A stretch of 64,000 bases of DNA. It comes from Macrostomum lignano (Eukaryota). The position numbers and the translations under genes were made by a program. Under the pieces are notes generated by a model, which did no database searches, was not told where the DNA came from, and saw only the letters and a program-made list of their open reading frames with translations. The stretch is from contig NIVC01001524.1 of NCBI GenBank assembly GCA_002269645.1, positions 186,001-250,000 on the forward strand, written 5' to 3'. Each line of letters opens with the position of its first letter. Position 1 is the first letter of the stretch. Positions 35,765 to 48,825 of this stretch are shown one piece after another.

Positions 35765-37940
35765 AGGATTTGAGTGTGGATTTCTATAGGGTTTGAGAGT
35801 GACTTTCTGTAGGGTTTGAGAGTGAATTTCTGTAGGGTTAGAGAGTGACTTTCTGAAGGGTTTGAGAGTGACTTTCTGTAGGGTTTGAGAGTGACTTTCT
35901 GTAGGGTTAGAGAGTGACTTTCTGTAGGGTTTGAGAGTGACTTTCTGTAGGGTTTGAGAGTGACTTTCTGTAGGGTTTGAGAGTGACTTTCTGTAGGGTT
36001 TGAGAGCGACTTTCTGTAGGATTTGAGATTGACTTTCTGTAGGATTTGAGAGTGACTTTCTGTAGGGTTTGAGAGTGACTTTCTGTAGGGTTTGAGAGTG
36101 ACTTTCTGTAGGGTTTGAGAGTGACTTTCTGTAGGGTTTGAGAGTGACTTTCTGTAGGGTTTGAGAGTGACTTTCTGTAGGGTTTGAGAGTGACTTTCTG
36201 TAGGGTTTGAGAGTGACTTTCTGTAGGGTTTGAGAGTGACTTTCTGTAGGGTTTGAGAGCGACTTTCTGTAGGATTTGAGATTGACTTTCTGTAGGATTT
36301 GAGAGTGACTTTCTGTAGGGTTTGAGAGTGACTTTCTGTAGGGTTTGAGAGTGACTTTCTGTAGGGTTTGAGAGTGACTTTCTGTAGGGTTTGAGAGTGA
36401 CTTTCTGTAGGGTTTGAGAGTGACTTTCTGAAGGACTCAAGAGTGAATTTCAGTAGGGTTTGAGAGTGACTTTTTAGGGTTTGAAAGTGACTTTCTAGGG
36501 TTTGAAAGTGACTTTCTGTAGGGTTTGAGAGTGACTTTCTGTAGGGTTTGAGAGTGACTTTCTGTAGGGTTTGAGAGTGACTTTCTGTAGGGTTTGAGAG
36601 TGACTTTCTGTAGGGTTTGAGAGTGACTTTCTGTAGGGTTTGAGAGTGACTTTCTGTATGGTTTGAGAGTGACTTTCTGTAGGGTTTGAGAGTGACTTTC
36701 TCTATGGTTTGAGAGTTACTTTCTATAGGGTTTGAGTGACTTTCTGAAGGACTCGAGAGTGACTTTCTGTATGGTTTGAGAGTGACTTTCTGAAGGGTTT
36801 GAGAGTGACTTTCTGTAGGGTTTGAGAGTGACTTTCTGTAGGGTTAGAGAGTGACTTTCTGTAGGGTTTGAGAGTGACTTTCTGTAGGGTTTGAGAGTGA
36901 CTTTCTGTAGGGTTTGAGAGTGACTTTCTGTAGGGTTTGAGAGCGACTTTCTGTAGGATTTGAGATTGACTTTCTGTAGGATTTGAGAGTGACTTTCTGT
37001 AGGGTTTGAGAGTGACTTTCTGTAGGGTTTGAGAGTGACTTTCTGTAGGGTTTGAGAGTGATTTTCTGTAGGGTTTGAGAGTGACTTTCTGTAGGGTTTG
37101 AGAGTGACTTTCTGTAGGGTTTGAGAGTGACTTTCTGTAGGGTTTGAGAGCGACTTTCTGTAGGATTTGAGATTGACTTTCTGTAGGATTTGAGAGTGAC
37201 TTTCTGTAGGGTTTGAGAGTGACTTTCTGTAGGGTTTGAGAGTGACTTTCTGTAGGGTTTGAGAGTGACTTTCTGTAGGGTTTGAGAGTGACTTTCTGTA
37301 GGGTTTGAGAGTGACTTTCTGTAGGGTTTGAGAGTGACTTTCTGAAGGACTCAAGAGTGAATTTCAGTAGGGTTTGAGAGTGACTTTTTAGGGTTTGAAA
37401 GTGCCTTTCTATAGGGTTTGAGTGACTTTCTGAAAGACTCAAGAGTGAATTTCTGTAGGGTTTGAGAGTGACTTTTTAGGGTTTGAGAGTGACTTTCTAT
37501 AGGGTTTGAGTGACTTTCTGAAAGACTCGAGAGTGACTTTCTGTAGGGTTTGAAAGTGACTTTCTGAAGGGTTTGAGAGCGACTTTCTGAAGGGTTTGAG
37601 AGTGACTTTCTGTATGGCTTGAGAGTGACTTTCTGTAGGGTTTGAGAGTGACTTTCTGTAGGGTTTGAGAGTGACTTTCTGTAGGGTTTGAGAGTGACTT
37701 TCTGTAGGGTTTGAGAGCGACTTTCTGTAGGGTTTGAGAGTGACTTTCTGTAGGGTTTGAGAGTGACTTTCTGTAGGGTTTGAGAGCGACTTTTTGAAGG
37801 GTTTGAGAGTGACTTTCTGAAGGGTTTGAGAGCGACTTTCTGAAGGGTTTGAGAGTGACTTTCTGTATGGCTTGAGAGTGACTTTCTGTAGGGTTTGAGA
37901 GTGACTTCCTGTAGGGTTTGAGAGCGACTTTCTGTAGAAT
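35765..37940. repeat. Intergenic minisatellite, 23-bp unit
   Basis: GAGAGTGACTTTCTGTAGGGTTT. Confidence 0.95.
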
Positions 37941-38088
37941 TTGAAGGGATTAGAGAACTGTTTGTTATAAAAAAGCAAGGCATTTTCGACCCAATTCAAT
38001 TAATAAGGAAGTTATTGTTCGTTCCATTGATCGATTAGAGAAAATAAACAGAACACAAAACTCCTAGTGCACAAAAAGAACCCAGACA

Positions 38089-41000
38089 TCAGAGCAGTCG
38101 CAAATTTGTTACCAGCATCGAATTAAAATCGGTTAGACGTTGATAATCTCCCGGCTCGCTAGCTTGTCCGAAATATTCGCTAAATGATTTTGCATCTCCG
38201 GCAGCTGCAGGTTCACATTCCGGTCTAGGCTCGCTCAGCCGATGAGAAGGTCGGTGCTGCTGTTTCTGCTGTTGCACAGTCGGGGGCGGCTGCAGCAGCA
38301 GCGGACAAGGAAGCAGTTCAGGTATAACTGACAGGTGACAGATTAGTGAGTGCAAATTCGGCCACTCTTTGGATAGGCCTTTGAGCTTGACGCCTCTGGC
38401 TGTGCACTGGATCAGGTAGTGAGACAGTGCCTGCTGCTTCTGATGAGGCACGCATACCTGGTGGTTGAAATGTTGCAGGGTGTTCCAGGTGAATTTCTTT
38501 CAAAGCAGTGGTTTGTTTGCATTTGCATTTCTTTGGGTACAATATGAGCACAGGGGCGATTTTCTATTGAGTGACAAGGGCGATTTTCTGGGAGTGACTG
38601 GGGCGATTTTCTGGGAGTGACAGGGGCGATTTTCTGGGAGTGACAGGGGATTTTCTGTGAGTGACAGGGGCGATTTTCTGGGAGTGACAGGGGCGATTTT
38701 CTGGGAGTGACAGGGGCGATTTTCTGGGAGTGACAGGGGCGATTTTCTGTTTGTGTGACAGGGGCGATTTTCTGGGAGTGACAGGGGCGATTTTCTGTTT
38801 GTGTGACAGGGGCGATTTTCTGTTTGTGACAGGGGCGATTTTCTGTTTGTGTGACAGGGGCGATTTTCTGTTTGTGTGACAGGGGCGATTTTCTGTTTGT
38901 GTGACAGGGGCGATTTTCTGTTTGTGTGACAGGGGCGATTTTCTGTTTGTGTGACAGGGAGGATTTTCTGTTGAGTGACAGGGGCGATTTTCTGTTTGTG
39001 TGACAGGGGCGATTTTCTGTGAGTGATAGGGGCGATTTTCTGCTGAGTGACAGGGGCGATTTTCTGTTTGTGTGACAAGGGCGATTTTCTGTGAGTGACA
39101 GGGGCGATTTTCTGTTGAGTGACAGGGGCGATTTTCTGTTTGTGTGACAGGGGCGATTTTCTGTGAGTGACAGGGGCGATTTTCTGTGAGTGACAGGGGC
39201 GATTTTTTGGGAGTGACAGGAGCGATTTTCTGGGAGTGACAGGGGCGATTTTCTGTCTGTGTGACAGGGAGGATTTTTTGTTTGTGGGACAGGGAGGATT
39301 TTCTGTTGAGTGACAGGGGCGATTTTCCGGGAGGACAGGGGCGATTTTCTGGGAGTGACAGGGGCGATTTTCTGGGAGTGACTGGGGCGATTTTCTAGGA
39401 GTGACTGGGGCGATTTTCTGTCTGTGTGACAGGGAGGATTTTTTGTTTGTGTGACAGGGAGGATTTTCTGTTGAGTGACAGGGGCGATTTTCCGGGAGGA
39501 CAGGGGAGATTTTCTGTGAGTGACAGGGGCGATTTTCTGGGAGTGACAGGGGCGATTTTCTGTGAGTGACAGGGGCGATTTTCTGGGAGTGACAGGGGCG
39601 ATTTTCTGGGAGTGACTGGGGCGATTTTCTGTTTGTGTGACAGGAAGGATTTTCTGTTGAGTGACAGGGAGGATTTTCTGTTTGTGTGACAGGGGCGATT
39701 TTCCGGGAGTGACAGGGGCGATTTTCTGTGAGTGACAGGGCGATTTTCTAGGAATGGCAGGGGCGATTTTCTGCGAGTGAAATGCAAAATTCCCTAGTGA
39801 TAGAGGGAGCGATTTTCAGTGCGCGATGAGGAATGAATCTCGTAGGGAGTAAAGTCAATCTAATAGAGTTGATCGAAGAGTGAATATCAAAGGTAAATTA
39901 AAACTAGCAAAGTACAAATAACTTGTAATACGAACCGAAAGTGCGTAGCAGTTCGGGTGACTGGCACTGTTGCGCACTAAGAAGCTTCCCACTGGCCTGC
40001 CAGCCAACAGCTTATAAGCCGCCTCCCTTGGCAACTCGGGTTGATACCACCACCAGCTCTGGCCGCTGCCGCTGTCTGACTCCATCTCATCGCTTAGGCT
40101 CTGAGGCTCGGCTTGTCGCTGATCTACCGTTTCAGCCTTCGGGATGGCATCTGGAGGCAGTGGCGGCGGCGGTGGCACCTCGAACTCGCAAGGTCGGCAC
40201 TGAAGACTGTCGTAGCTGCATTGGTGAGACATCAGGGGGTGGGAGTTATGGTTCAGGTGCAGTTGACAGGCTGGGCCAGCAACTGATGGTCTGGGAGTCT
40301 GGCCCAGCAACTGAGGATCTGGGAGGCTGGGTCCAGCAACTGAGGATCTGGGAGGCTGGGCCCAGCAGCTGAGGATTTGGGAGGCTGGCCCAGCAACTGA
40401 GGATCTGGGAGGCTGGCCCAGAAACTGATGGTCTGGGAGTCTTGCTCAGCAGCTGAGGATTTGGGAGGCTGGCCCAGCAACTGAGGATCTGGGAGTCTGG
40501 CCCAGCAAATGAGGATGAAGGAGGTTGGTGGCCCAGCAACTTGGGATCCGGGAGGCTGGCCCAGAAACTGATGGTCTGGGAGTCTGGCCTAGAAACTGAG
40601 GATCCGGGAGAGTGGCCCAGTAACTGAGGATCTGGGAGTCTGGCTCAACAACTGAGGATCTGGGAGGGTGGCCCAGTAACTGAGGATATGGGAGTCTGGC
40701 TCAGCAACTGAGGATCTGGGAGGTTGGTGGCCCAGCAACTTGGGATCCGGGAGGCTGGCCCAGAAACTGAGGATCCGGGAGAGTGGCCCAGTAACTGAGG
40801 ATCTGGGAGTCTGGCTCAACAACTGAGGAAGTGAGAGTCTGGCTCAGCAGCTGAGGATCTGGGACGCTGGCTCAGCAACTGAGGATCTGGGAGGCTGGTG
40901 GCCCAGCAACTGGATGATCTGAGAGGCTGGTGGCCCAGCAACTGGATGATCTGAGAGGCTGGTGGACCAGCAACTGAGGATCTGAGAGGCTGGTGGCCCA

Positions 41001-42805
41001 GCAACTGATGATCTGAGAGGCTGGTGGCCCAGCAACTGGATGATCTGAGAGGCTGGTGGACCAGCAACTGAGGATCTGAGAGGCTGGTGGCCCAGCAACT
41101 GATGATCTGGGAGGCTGGTGGACCAGCAACTGAGGATCTGGGAGGCTGGTGGCCCAGCAACTGGATGATCTGGGAGTCTGGCTCAGCCTATAAAGCAAAG
41201 AAAAATCAACAGACAGCAGTTGCTACCGAGTTGGCAGTGGCGGAGGCTGCTGCTGCTGAGCGCTGTGCACCGATCTGCCAGCTACAGGACTGGCAACATA
41301 GCTGTTGCTGCTGACCTGCCCGCCGCCGATAGACCTTGGCGCGGGAATCGGCTTGGGCTTGACAACGTACTGCGAAGGCTGCTCAATGCTCTGCTGCTGT
41401 TGCTGCTTTTGCAAATGCTTCTGCTTTTGGCGATGCGGCTTTCTTGCAGCTGAAAAATGAATGATGAAGTCCAGCAGAAGTCCGACAACCTGACAACCAT
41501 AATTTCTTATTCTTCAGACACCAATCAGAAAATCAATAGGACATTATGTACTTTTATCCTGGCACAGGGCCGTAGCTCAGCGGCCCAGGCTCGATTCCAA
41601 GTGCTGTCAGATTAATTTGTAGCTCAACTGGAATCTCGGCTTGGCTCTGCTCGTGCTTTAAAAAGCCACTGAAAGCCAACCCCCCCCCCCAAGGCACAGT
41701 GAAGTATACATGACTAACGATAAATAAAGCTAAGGCCGCTGTACACTCCTGTGTGTGTGTGCCTGTGGGTATGACTGCGTACGCATCCGCGTGATTGTGT
41801 GCCTGCTCAGGGAAGTCGGCGGAATAGGCAGCAATGCCTCTCGCCGGTTGTGACAATATCGCTTAAAGTGCGCCAGGGTGCACACAGGTCCTTTACATCT
41901 AATAAACATGTACTTTCATTTATTTAGACACTTGCACTTTTATTGATGATACCCAATAAAAGCACCTTAATAAGACACAGTGTACTGGAAACGTATGCAC
42001 TTTAACTGACACAATGTTTCAGAACCATGTACTCTTAGTTAAAAACCGATCAGACTCTCTAATACTCATATACTTTAAGTCACCAAGCATCCCAGGCACT
42101 AGATAGAACACTGTGTACTTTATTCAGGCACCAATCTAATACACTTAATCGAACACTATGCACTTTTATTCGAGAAACAAAGGAAATACACCTAATATGA
42201 GAAGCATGTACAGTTATTAAGACGAAAATCGGATATCCGACCAAACACAATATGTACTTTAACTTATACAAAAATCTAGGACACAATGTACTTTTTAAGC
42301 ATAACCCAACGCTTTTGAGTTTACCTTCAGCCGCAGACTCAGACTTAAACTTCTCTTTTTCAGCCACCAGCAGAGCGTGTTCAAAGCAGGCCCCAATTAG
42401 ACTACTCAGTTCACGAGCAGCTCGAGGCGACTCAGTGGCGAACACTCGACACAGGGCAGGCGTGGACCGGCCACCCCCGGCCGCCTCTCTGGCCGAGAAG
42501 GCAAACAAAGACCGATCCGGATCGCAGCTGGCCATCGAGATTCGTCTCAGTGGGTGCGTGGATAGCAACTGATCCGCACTGGTACTCTGATTTGATGTCG
42601 AATAAATATCGATTCCTAAATATGATATTCTTAACTGAACTGGTTGTCCATCAGAAGCGGCTGGTAGGCTGGTAGGCAGCTGAACTGAACTGCCTGTAGT
42701 AACAGGAAATGTTGCCACGTGTCTAACATAGCGAACAGAATCTGCAGTGCGAAGCTGTTGCTGTACACAGCTGTCAGGTATCAAACAGTCTCGATTGCGG
42801 CGCAT
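38089..42805 (-). CDS. PTB + SH2 domain adaptor protein, SH2D5/EGFRAP-like (450 aa)
   Basis: Exons 42325-42805 (PTB-like: HVATFPV, LRISYLGIDIY, HPLRRISMASCDP, CRVF), 41227-41449, 39936-40215 (SH2: WYQPELPREAAYKLL...GSFLVRNS...YALS), 38089-38457 (SHYLIQ...KLKGLSKEWPNLHSLICHLSVIPELLPCPL). Phases 1/2/0 are consistent. Confidence 0.82.
38548..39778. repeat. Intronic minisatellite, 23-26-bp unit
   Basis: GTGACAGGGGCGATTTTCTG plus a variable spacer. Confidence 0.95.
40265..41185. repeat. Intronic minisatellite, 28-32-bp unit
   Basis: GGCCCAGCAACTGAGGATCTGGGAGGCT and variants. Confidence 0.93.
41567..41875 (+). mobile_element. Possible tRNA-derived SINE in intron 1 of the SH2 adaptor gene
   Basis: GGGCCGTAGCTCAGCGG (A-box-like) next to GGCTCGATTCC (B-box-like) with the anticodon arm missing; 3' end approximate. 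Confidence 0.4.
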
Positions 42806-44766
42806 TGTTTTTTAATAGTTTCAGGAATATTTTAGTTGAAAGTTGCATTTTTATTGTCTGCAGATAACTAGGGACATAAGTGCAATGCTATCAAGTCATT
42901 AACTAGTGTTGTGTAGTGTCTAACAACAGAAAATTAGAAATTAGAAAGTTTACTATATTTCTATTATCATTAGAGCAAGATGCAATTAAAAGCAAGGTCT
43001 TGTCAAGCATTAGGGTTACAGAAATCATAGTTTATTACTAGGCATATGGTTGTATTGGCTAGTAGCTGATAAAAAAAAAAAAAAACAGAATAACATTGGA
43101 TGTTAATGTTAATGTCTGATATTAATTTAGGCAATCTAAATATCCCATTCTATATGTCTATTCATTCTATAGTTCTTCACAAGAAGCCTATAATTACCCA
43201 ACAATTTTCATATCTATAAAAAATTAAATATTGAAAACAGTAAACTAAGAACCTCTTAGAACACCTTTTACTTTATGTCTACTATACCAGAAATGGAAGA
43301 CCATCTTGTACATAAATGTGCAATACCCAGCCAAGCTGTTCAATCTGGCTGGCTAGCAATAGGCCTAGACAAGGCAAGTCACAAAACTGCCTACTCCAAA
43401 ATTATAGACATGCTACTAACTAGATGAAAGGACATTTAGCCCAAATAATATAGTCATTGATACCATTGCAATTTACTTAAATTAGATTAATTTTTGCTTA
43501 GGGTTTAATACATAAGTTGAAGTGGTTAAAGAATTTGTAAAATCTAGAGTCAAAAAGAGATTTAAAGGCCATTTATTTCAAAAAGACAATAAAGTTTATT
43601 ATCATAAGGTGATTTATAAAACTAAAGAAGTAAAGTACAAACTTTTAGTCATTTGCCTTTCTGTTTATGTTGCAAATTGCAAAGATTTTTTCATGTTCTG
43701 CTGTAAGGGGGTCCATATGCCATAGCTGTAGCTGTAAGCAAAACTATGGCTTATTCCAATCCTCCATATTCCATAGCCATAGGGACACCAATATTACTAT
43801 ATAGTAATAGCCATAGCCATAGTTTTAACAAAAAGTCTAGGAAACTAAATATTTTGAATCAAGAATATAACCTAGTGCTTAAACAACTGCCAAGGTATCT
43901 GCACTCTGGAAAAAAACTAGAAAACCCTGGAATATGCCCAAAAAACCTATAGAATTAAGACTGAACACCACCATGTTTTAATTTATTAATATTTTTGTTT
44001 CTTTTCAATCTTTCAATCTTTTCAGTTTATAGTACTATCAATATTTAAAATGAAAAGCTGGCTAGAACTAAATTTATTTTGTTTTGGCTTAGTTATATAA
44101 TATTATTTTTAGCTACAACTAGGGCAGTAGACAAACTATACTAACTAGGTATACTGCAGGTAGTTTACTTTTTAGGGAAGTTAGTATTTTTCTATTGCAA
44201 ATGCAATCTTTACAAAATGCATCATAACTTTTTTATAGTTAGCTAAATAGCTAATAAGTTAAAAACAAGTATATAGAACAAATTTTTATAAATAAATTAT
44301 TACTGTGTACTATTATGCCTAGTGGCTCACATTTATTGGATGTCTAGCTCAATGCCAAGCTGCATCCTACTTATGCTCAATTTCTCTAGAAGGTGAAAGG
44401 AAACACATTTGCTACATATTGTGGCTTGTCCAAGGTTCTCCCCCTTTTTATGTTTACATTTAACTTCATTTTCTCTCACTTTATTTATCCATTTATTCAG
44501 TTCCTGCAACCCATTTAATTTAGCCTCAATGTACTGCAGTCTTGCCATTTTATCTGTCACAAGTCATTTACATAATACTTATTGACCTACTTATTATATT
44601 AATCAATAAATGACATTAACTACAACTTTCATTTATTTGATTAACTAGCCCATAGCCTATCTTAAGTCATTTGCCAGTGGGGCAAAAACAACTTACAGTT
44701 CTCATCTCAAAGAAAGCTCTAAGATGTATTATTCTATAATACATAAATTATGGTGGTGACAGTGCT

Positions 44767-46649
44767 CTGGGTTTTTTGTGCAAATGGGTGCAAATAGCAT
44801 CCTGGTCTTTAAAATTGCACCCTGAAATTTGACTCAGGGTGCAAAAAGCACACCAGAATTTTTTGCAAAGATGTGATACGGATTTAACAATTTAGTGTTA
44901 TGGACATCTTAAGTCTGTAACTTCGTATTCTAAGAATTAGGCAGTAATTTTTTCAATCCTTAATTAATGTAATTTAAGGAATTGTCAACTGTCGATTAAA
45001 TTTTGGTAAGCAGAACCTGATAAATTGAATACTGAATAGTATTCAATTCTAAGTTAGGCAACAAGCTCAGCATGGAGTTTAAGTTGTTTAATTATTCAAA
45101 TAAAACAACTAATTATAAGCTTAATTCTAAATTAAATGATTTAATAACATTGCTGCATTGGCATGATTTGATGATTGGCTTATAATATATGCTTAATATA
45201 GGGCTATAAGCTATAGTATAATTATATATAGACTACTCCCCATTGTAATAAACTTATAACTAATGAAATCTTTTATGTTTATTTAACATTTAACAATTAA
45301 AGACAATACAATTACATTAACAATCATCAACATTAACTGTGACAATATAGTTTGTTGCTGTTGTTTTGTTAACAATAATTTAGTTGGTTATTTCAATTTT
45401 GTCTGCCAACCTTATGCTTATTTAATGATAATTTATAGATGTTGTCATAATCACATGTCAATGTCATAGACTATAGTCTATAGATATAATGTAATTGTTA
45501 TTGTTGTAATTGTCACTCACTTGACAAAATGACATATATACTTGTACTTATATATTTGTATATATATGTCATTTTACTCATTCACTAGTCTCATTCACAA
45601 AATATAGAACATTAAGGTTAAGGTTAATAAATTACATAAATTACCTTAATTATGGTAAAACCTGCTCTTGCTTCAGCTTAACAGACAATAGCTCAAGCTC
45701 CAAGCTTCAATAGGCTCAATCTGCTGTTTCAATGTCTTTCAAATCAAAAGTTTAAATTTTACTCTTTCCCTATTCCAGCCATAGGCCCATAGCCATAACT
45801 GATAGCCAACTAGATACTAGATTGATTACTGAATACTGAAACAGTTATACTGATTACTGGGTACTGGCCAAGGCCCCAATCGAAATGACAACCCAACCAT
45901 ATCAAGCATCTGGTCCTAAAACTGCTCCTACTCCTCTTGCTCCTAGCGGCCCAGCAGCTTTAGCTGCAGATGGTGGAGGTGGAGGACAACAACAAGGTCC
46001 ACCATTAAAGCAAGCTAAGCTAATGGGTTGGCTTGTCGTTGCCAAAGCTCCTTCATCTTCACTAGTTGCAGTTAAAGGTCCTGCACTTGCTGCTACTGTA
46101 GCTGCAGCTTTTAAGTCTGATTCTAACATAGACACACCAACACCAGCCACAGTCAAGGTCATCCAGCCTAACCCCAAGGACTTTAAGTCCACAAAAAAAA
46201 GATTGACTCTTTTCTAAACCCTGGTGGTTAAAGGAGTTTTGCTGGCTCCATTATACAAAATCTAGTGACACTGCGATGTGCAAAGACTGCGGCATCACAT
46301 TTAAACCAGGCACTACAGGCTGGTAGCACTGCATCTTTGTAAAACACTCTAGTTCTAAGACACACTAGGCAGTTTTACAGAAGCTGCAGCTGCAGAAGGA
46401 CTGGAGTCAGGCTGTCGAGACTACAGTTAAGTGGGCATGACCTGATGTAAAGTGTAAGTTTAGTTTGTCAGTCACTATTATTTTATGTTTTACTATACTT
46501 TCCAAAGTAAAGGAAACTTTGAAATATACTACGCTTGTATTAGTTTTAGACCAGTTTTTGTCTGCAGCAGTGCAGCGCATACTGGTCTTGAAAATTGCAC
46601 CCTGAAATCTAGCGATTTCGCACCCAAGTTATGGACAAAAAAAACCCAG
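44767..46649 (+). mobile_element. Non-autonomous hAT-type DNA transposon (deletion derivative with TTF zinc-finger remnant)
   Basis: TIRs CTGGGTTTTTT / AAAAAACCCAG; perfect 8-bp TSD ACAGTGCT at 44759-44766 and 46650-46657. About 46195-46380 reads KD*LFSKPWWLKEFCWLHYTKSSDTAMCKDC...FKPGTTGW*HC..FVKHSSSKTH*, a TTF-type zinc finger as in hAT/ZMYM-like transposases. Confidence 0.8.
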
Positions 46650-48705
46650 ACAGTGCTACTTTACTAATAGTAATAATCTGAGAATTTTGACATACATTCA
46701 TTTCAGTGTCTAAAGACCCAATTTGAACAATGCTACGACAATGACTACCCTCCGCTGGAATTGAGAAGCCTAGCAGCCAAGGCAAAACAAGAGAAATTTT
46801 GTTGAGATTCATTGGTATAATTTTCCAGATTTATATGTGCAAACTCAATGCTTCAAGTAAATTTCAAAAAATTGCCCAACTGCAAGAAAAATTTAGTTTT
46901 TTTTTAATTTATTTTTCTCTGCTCCCACCTCAAGTAACAATACTTAATTAATACACTACTGAAACAAAAGTACTATTGCTGAAATTTTTCATATTTAAAA
47001 AAGTTAAATAATGTTTGCTAGTAAGAGTTAAGAGTTTGCTAGTGTTTATTGTACTTTATTAGGTATAACCTATTTTTGCTTGGATTTACATTTTGACTAA
47101 GCCATTGTATTCTAAGAATGTTTCATCATTATAAGTTTTTAAGTTTATAATACAGTTCACCAAATTATCTTTGTTTTACTTTATCTGTTTTTAATATTTT
47201 TTAAATAATAACTATGGCTATGGAAATCTAAAGAGTATGACAACAACTATTATATTTCTGTAATTGTAGCCATAAGAGCAGCTATCTATTGTAGGCATAT
47301 CTGTAGTTGCTATACAGACCTATTTTACCATATTTGCCTTAAGATCCCATAGCTGTAGCCGTAGCTATGGACTGGTAGAACACAAATTTTTCTATGCTTA
47401 ATAAAGGCACATCATAAAAGCTTATGTAATGTTATAGTTTGTAGTGCCATCACAACAAGAAGTTGCCTTTTTATAGGGATCCAAAATAGGATACAATCAA
47501 TGTAATGGTTTGTTCCAAGCATTTGGGCAACTTTTTAATGTTAAATCTGTAGCACTTAAATTACCTTAGTGTTTTAGAAATTAGATAATCTTATTGAAGA
47601 GCTTGTTTAGGCATTGGTATTAGCAATCTTAGATCTTTCTGAGAAGTTGATAGATGCTAGATGAAGTAATTCTACAAAGTTCTGCCATTTCTTTGGATAT
47701 CTATTGTGAATTGATCTCTAGAAAACCATAGATAAACTCAATGTCACTCTTGGTCTATAGTTCTTGGGGTCTCCTAGATCTTGGCTCCTTTAATGTCAAA
47801 GTGCAACTATTCTTAAAGCAATTGTAGGGCCTACTACTTGTATATAGGCCTAGTCTACTCATATACTAGCAAAATGCATATTTGCTATACACATTTATAT
47901 GCTACTAGTAGACTTGTGCAGCTAGTGTTTCTAAATTCTTATAGCCATTCAGTTTAAATATAATACCACTTACTGTTGCTTGTTTGGTGGGTCATTTCAT
48001 AATATTACTAAAATGTTTGCCAAAGAGAGAAACCAGTGGTAATAAATATTGTGGTGAAAAAAAGAAATATATAACTAGCTCTATTGTGCACAAATAATTG
48101 CTACTAGCTATAGGGTAGCTATGGTAATAGCTTTAGCCATTAGAGTGATATCTATGATAGATAAAAAGCAATTTATTGCAAGAAGCTTTTGGGATACCCT
48201 TTGTTTTATAGATATGCAACCTTAAGAATCACCTAGGCCCTAGCTGTTTATATTGGCAATTATTATAGTCAGGCCTAATGTTTATATATTGTATTCATGA
48301 AAATATGAATATATATTTTCTTGTCTAAGTATCTAGAACTACACTTGGCACAATATATCTGTCAAGGAAACCTAATCTTCAATTAAATACTGAATAGACC
48401 TATGATTTGATTCCATTAATTTAATTTGTCTACTCTTTAGCCTTTACTGCTTCAGGTTCATTGACCAGTATTGTTGCTGCAACCTATATATAGGCCTAAC
48501 TCTTATTCTAATAACCTTAGCAAACATGACACAAACAGCACTAATATTGGTATAGTGATATAGGTGTAGTAGTATGAAAGCTTCAATCTAAACAAAAATC
48601 ACAAAAATGATTGTTTTAAATTAGTTGTAACGACCATGATTTCTTTTCTATTTCATATTTTCTATACTCACAATTCGAATCATTTTCTGAAATTCAGAAA
48701 GCTGA

Positions 48706-48825
48706 CATGTTACAGCCACCTCACAAAATTTTGCTTGCAGTCAGAAAAAAAAACATTATGCTTGATTCCTGCATTCAGGCGTGCATTTAATGCACTCAGA
48801 AACAAAGCATTCTTCTAAAGAGAAG
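48706..48825. repeat. Dispersed repeat, inverted copy of about 63712-63840
   Basis: Shared ACATTATGCTTGATTCCTGCAT.CAGGCGTGCATTT and flanks, in opposite orientation. Confidence 0.7.

Noticed and set aside
17751-42805. Operon or trans-spliced polycistron of the three co-oriented minus-strand genes
   Set aside because: Intergenic gaps are 2.2 and 3.7 kb, and the AG sites shortly before two ATGs are weak evidence; spliced-leader data would be needed.
44333-44560. 75-aa minus-strand ORF resembling a LINE ORF1 coiled coil
   Set aside because: No diagnostic motif and too short to assign.
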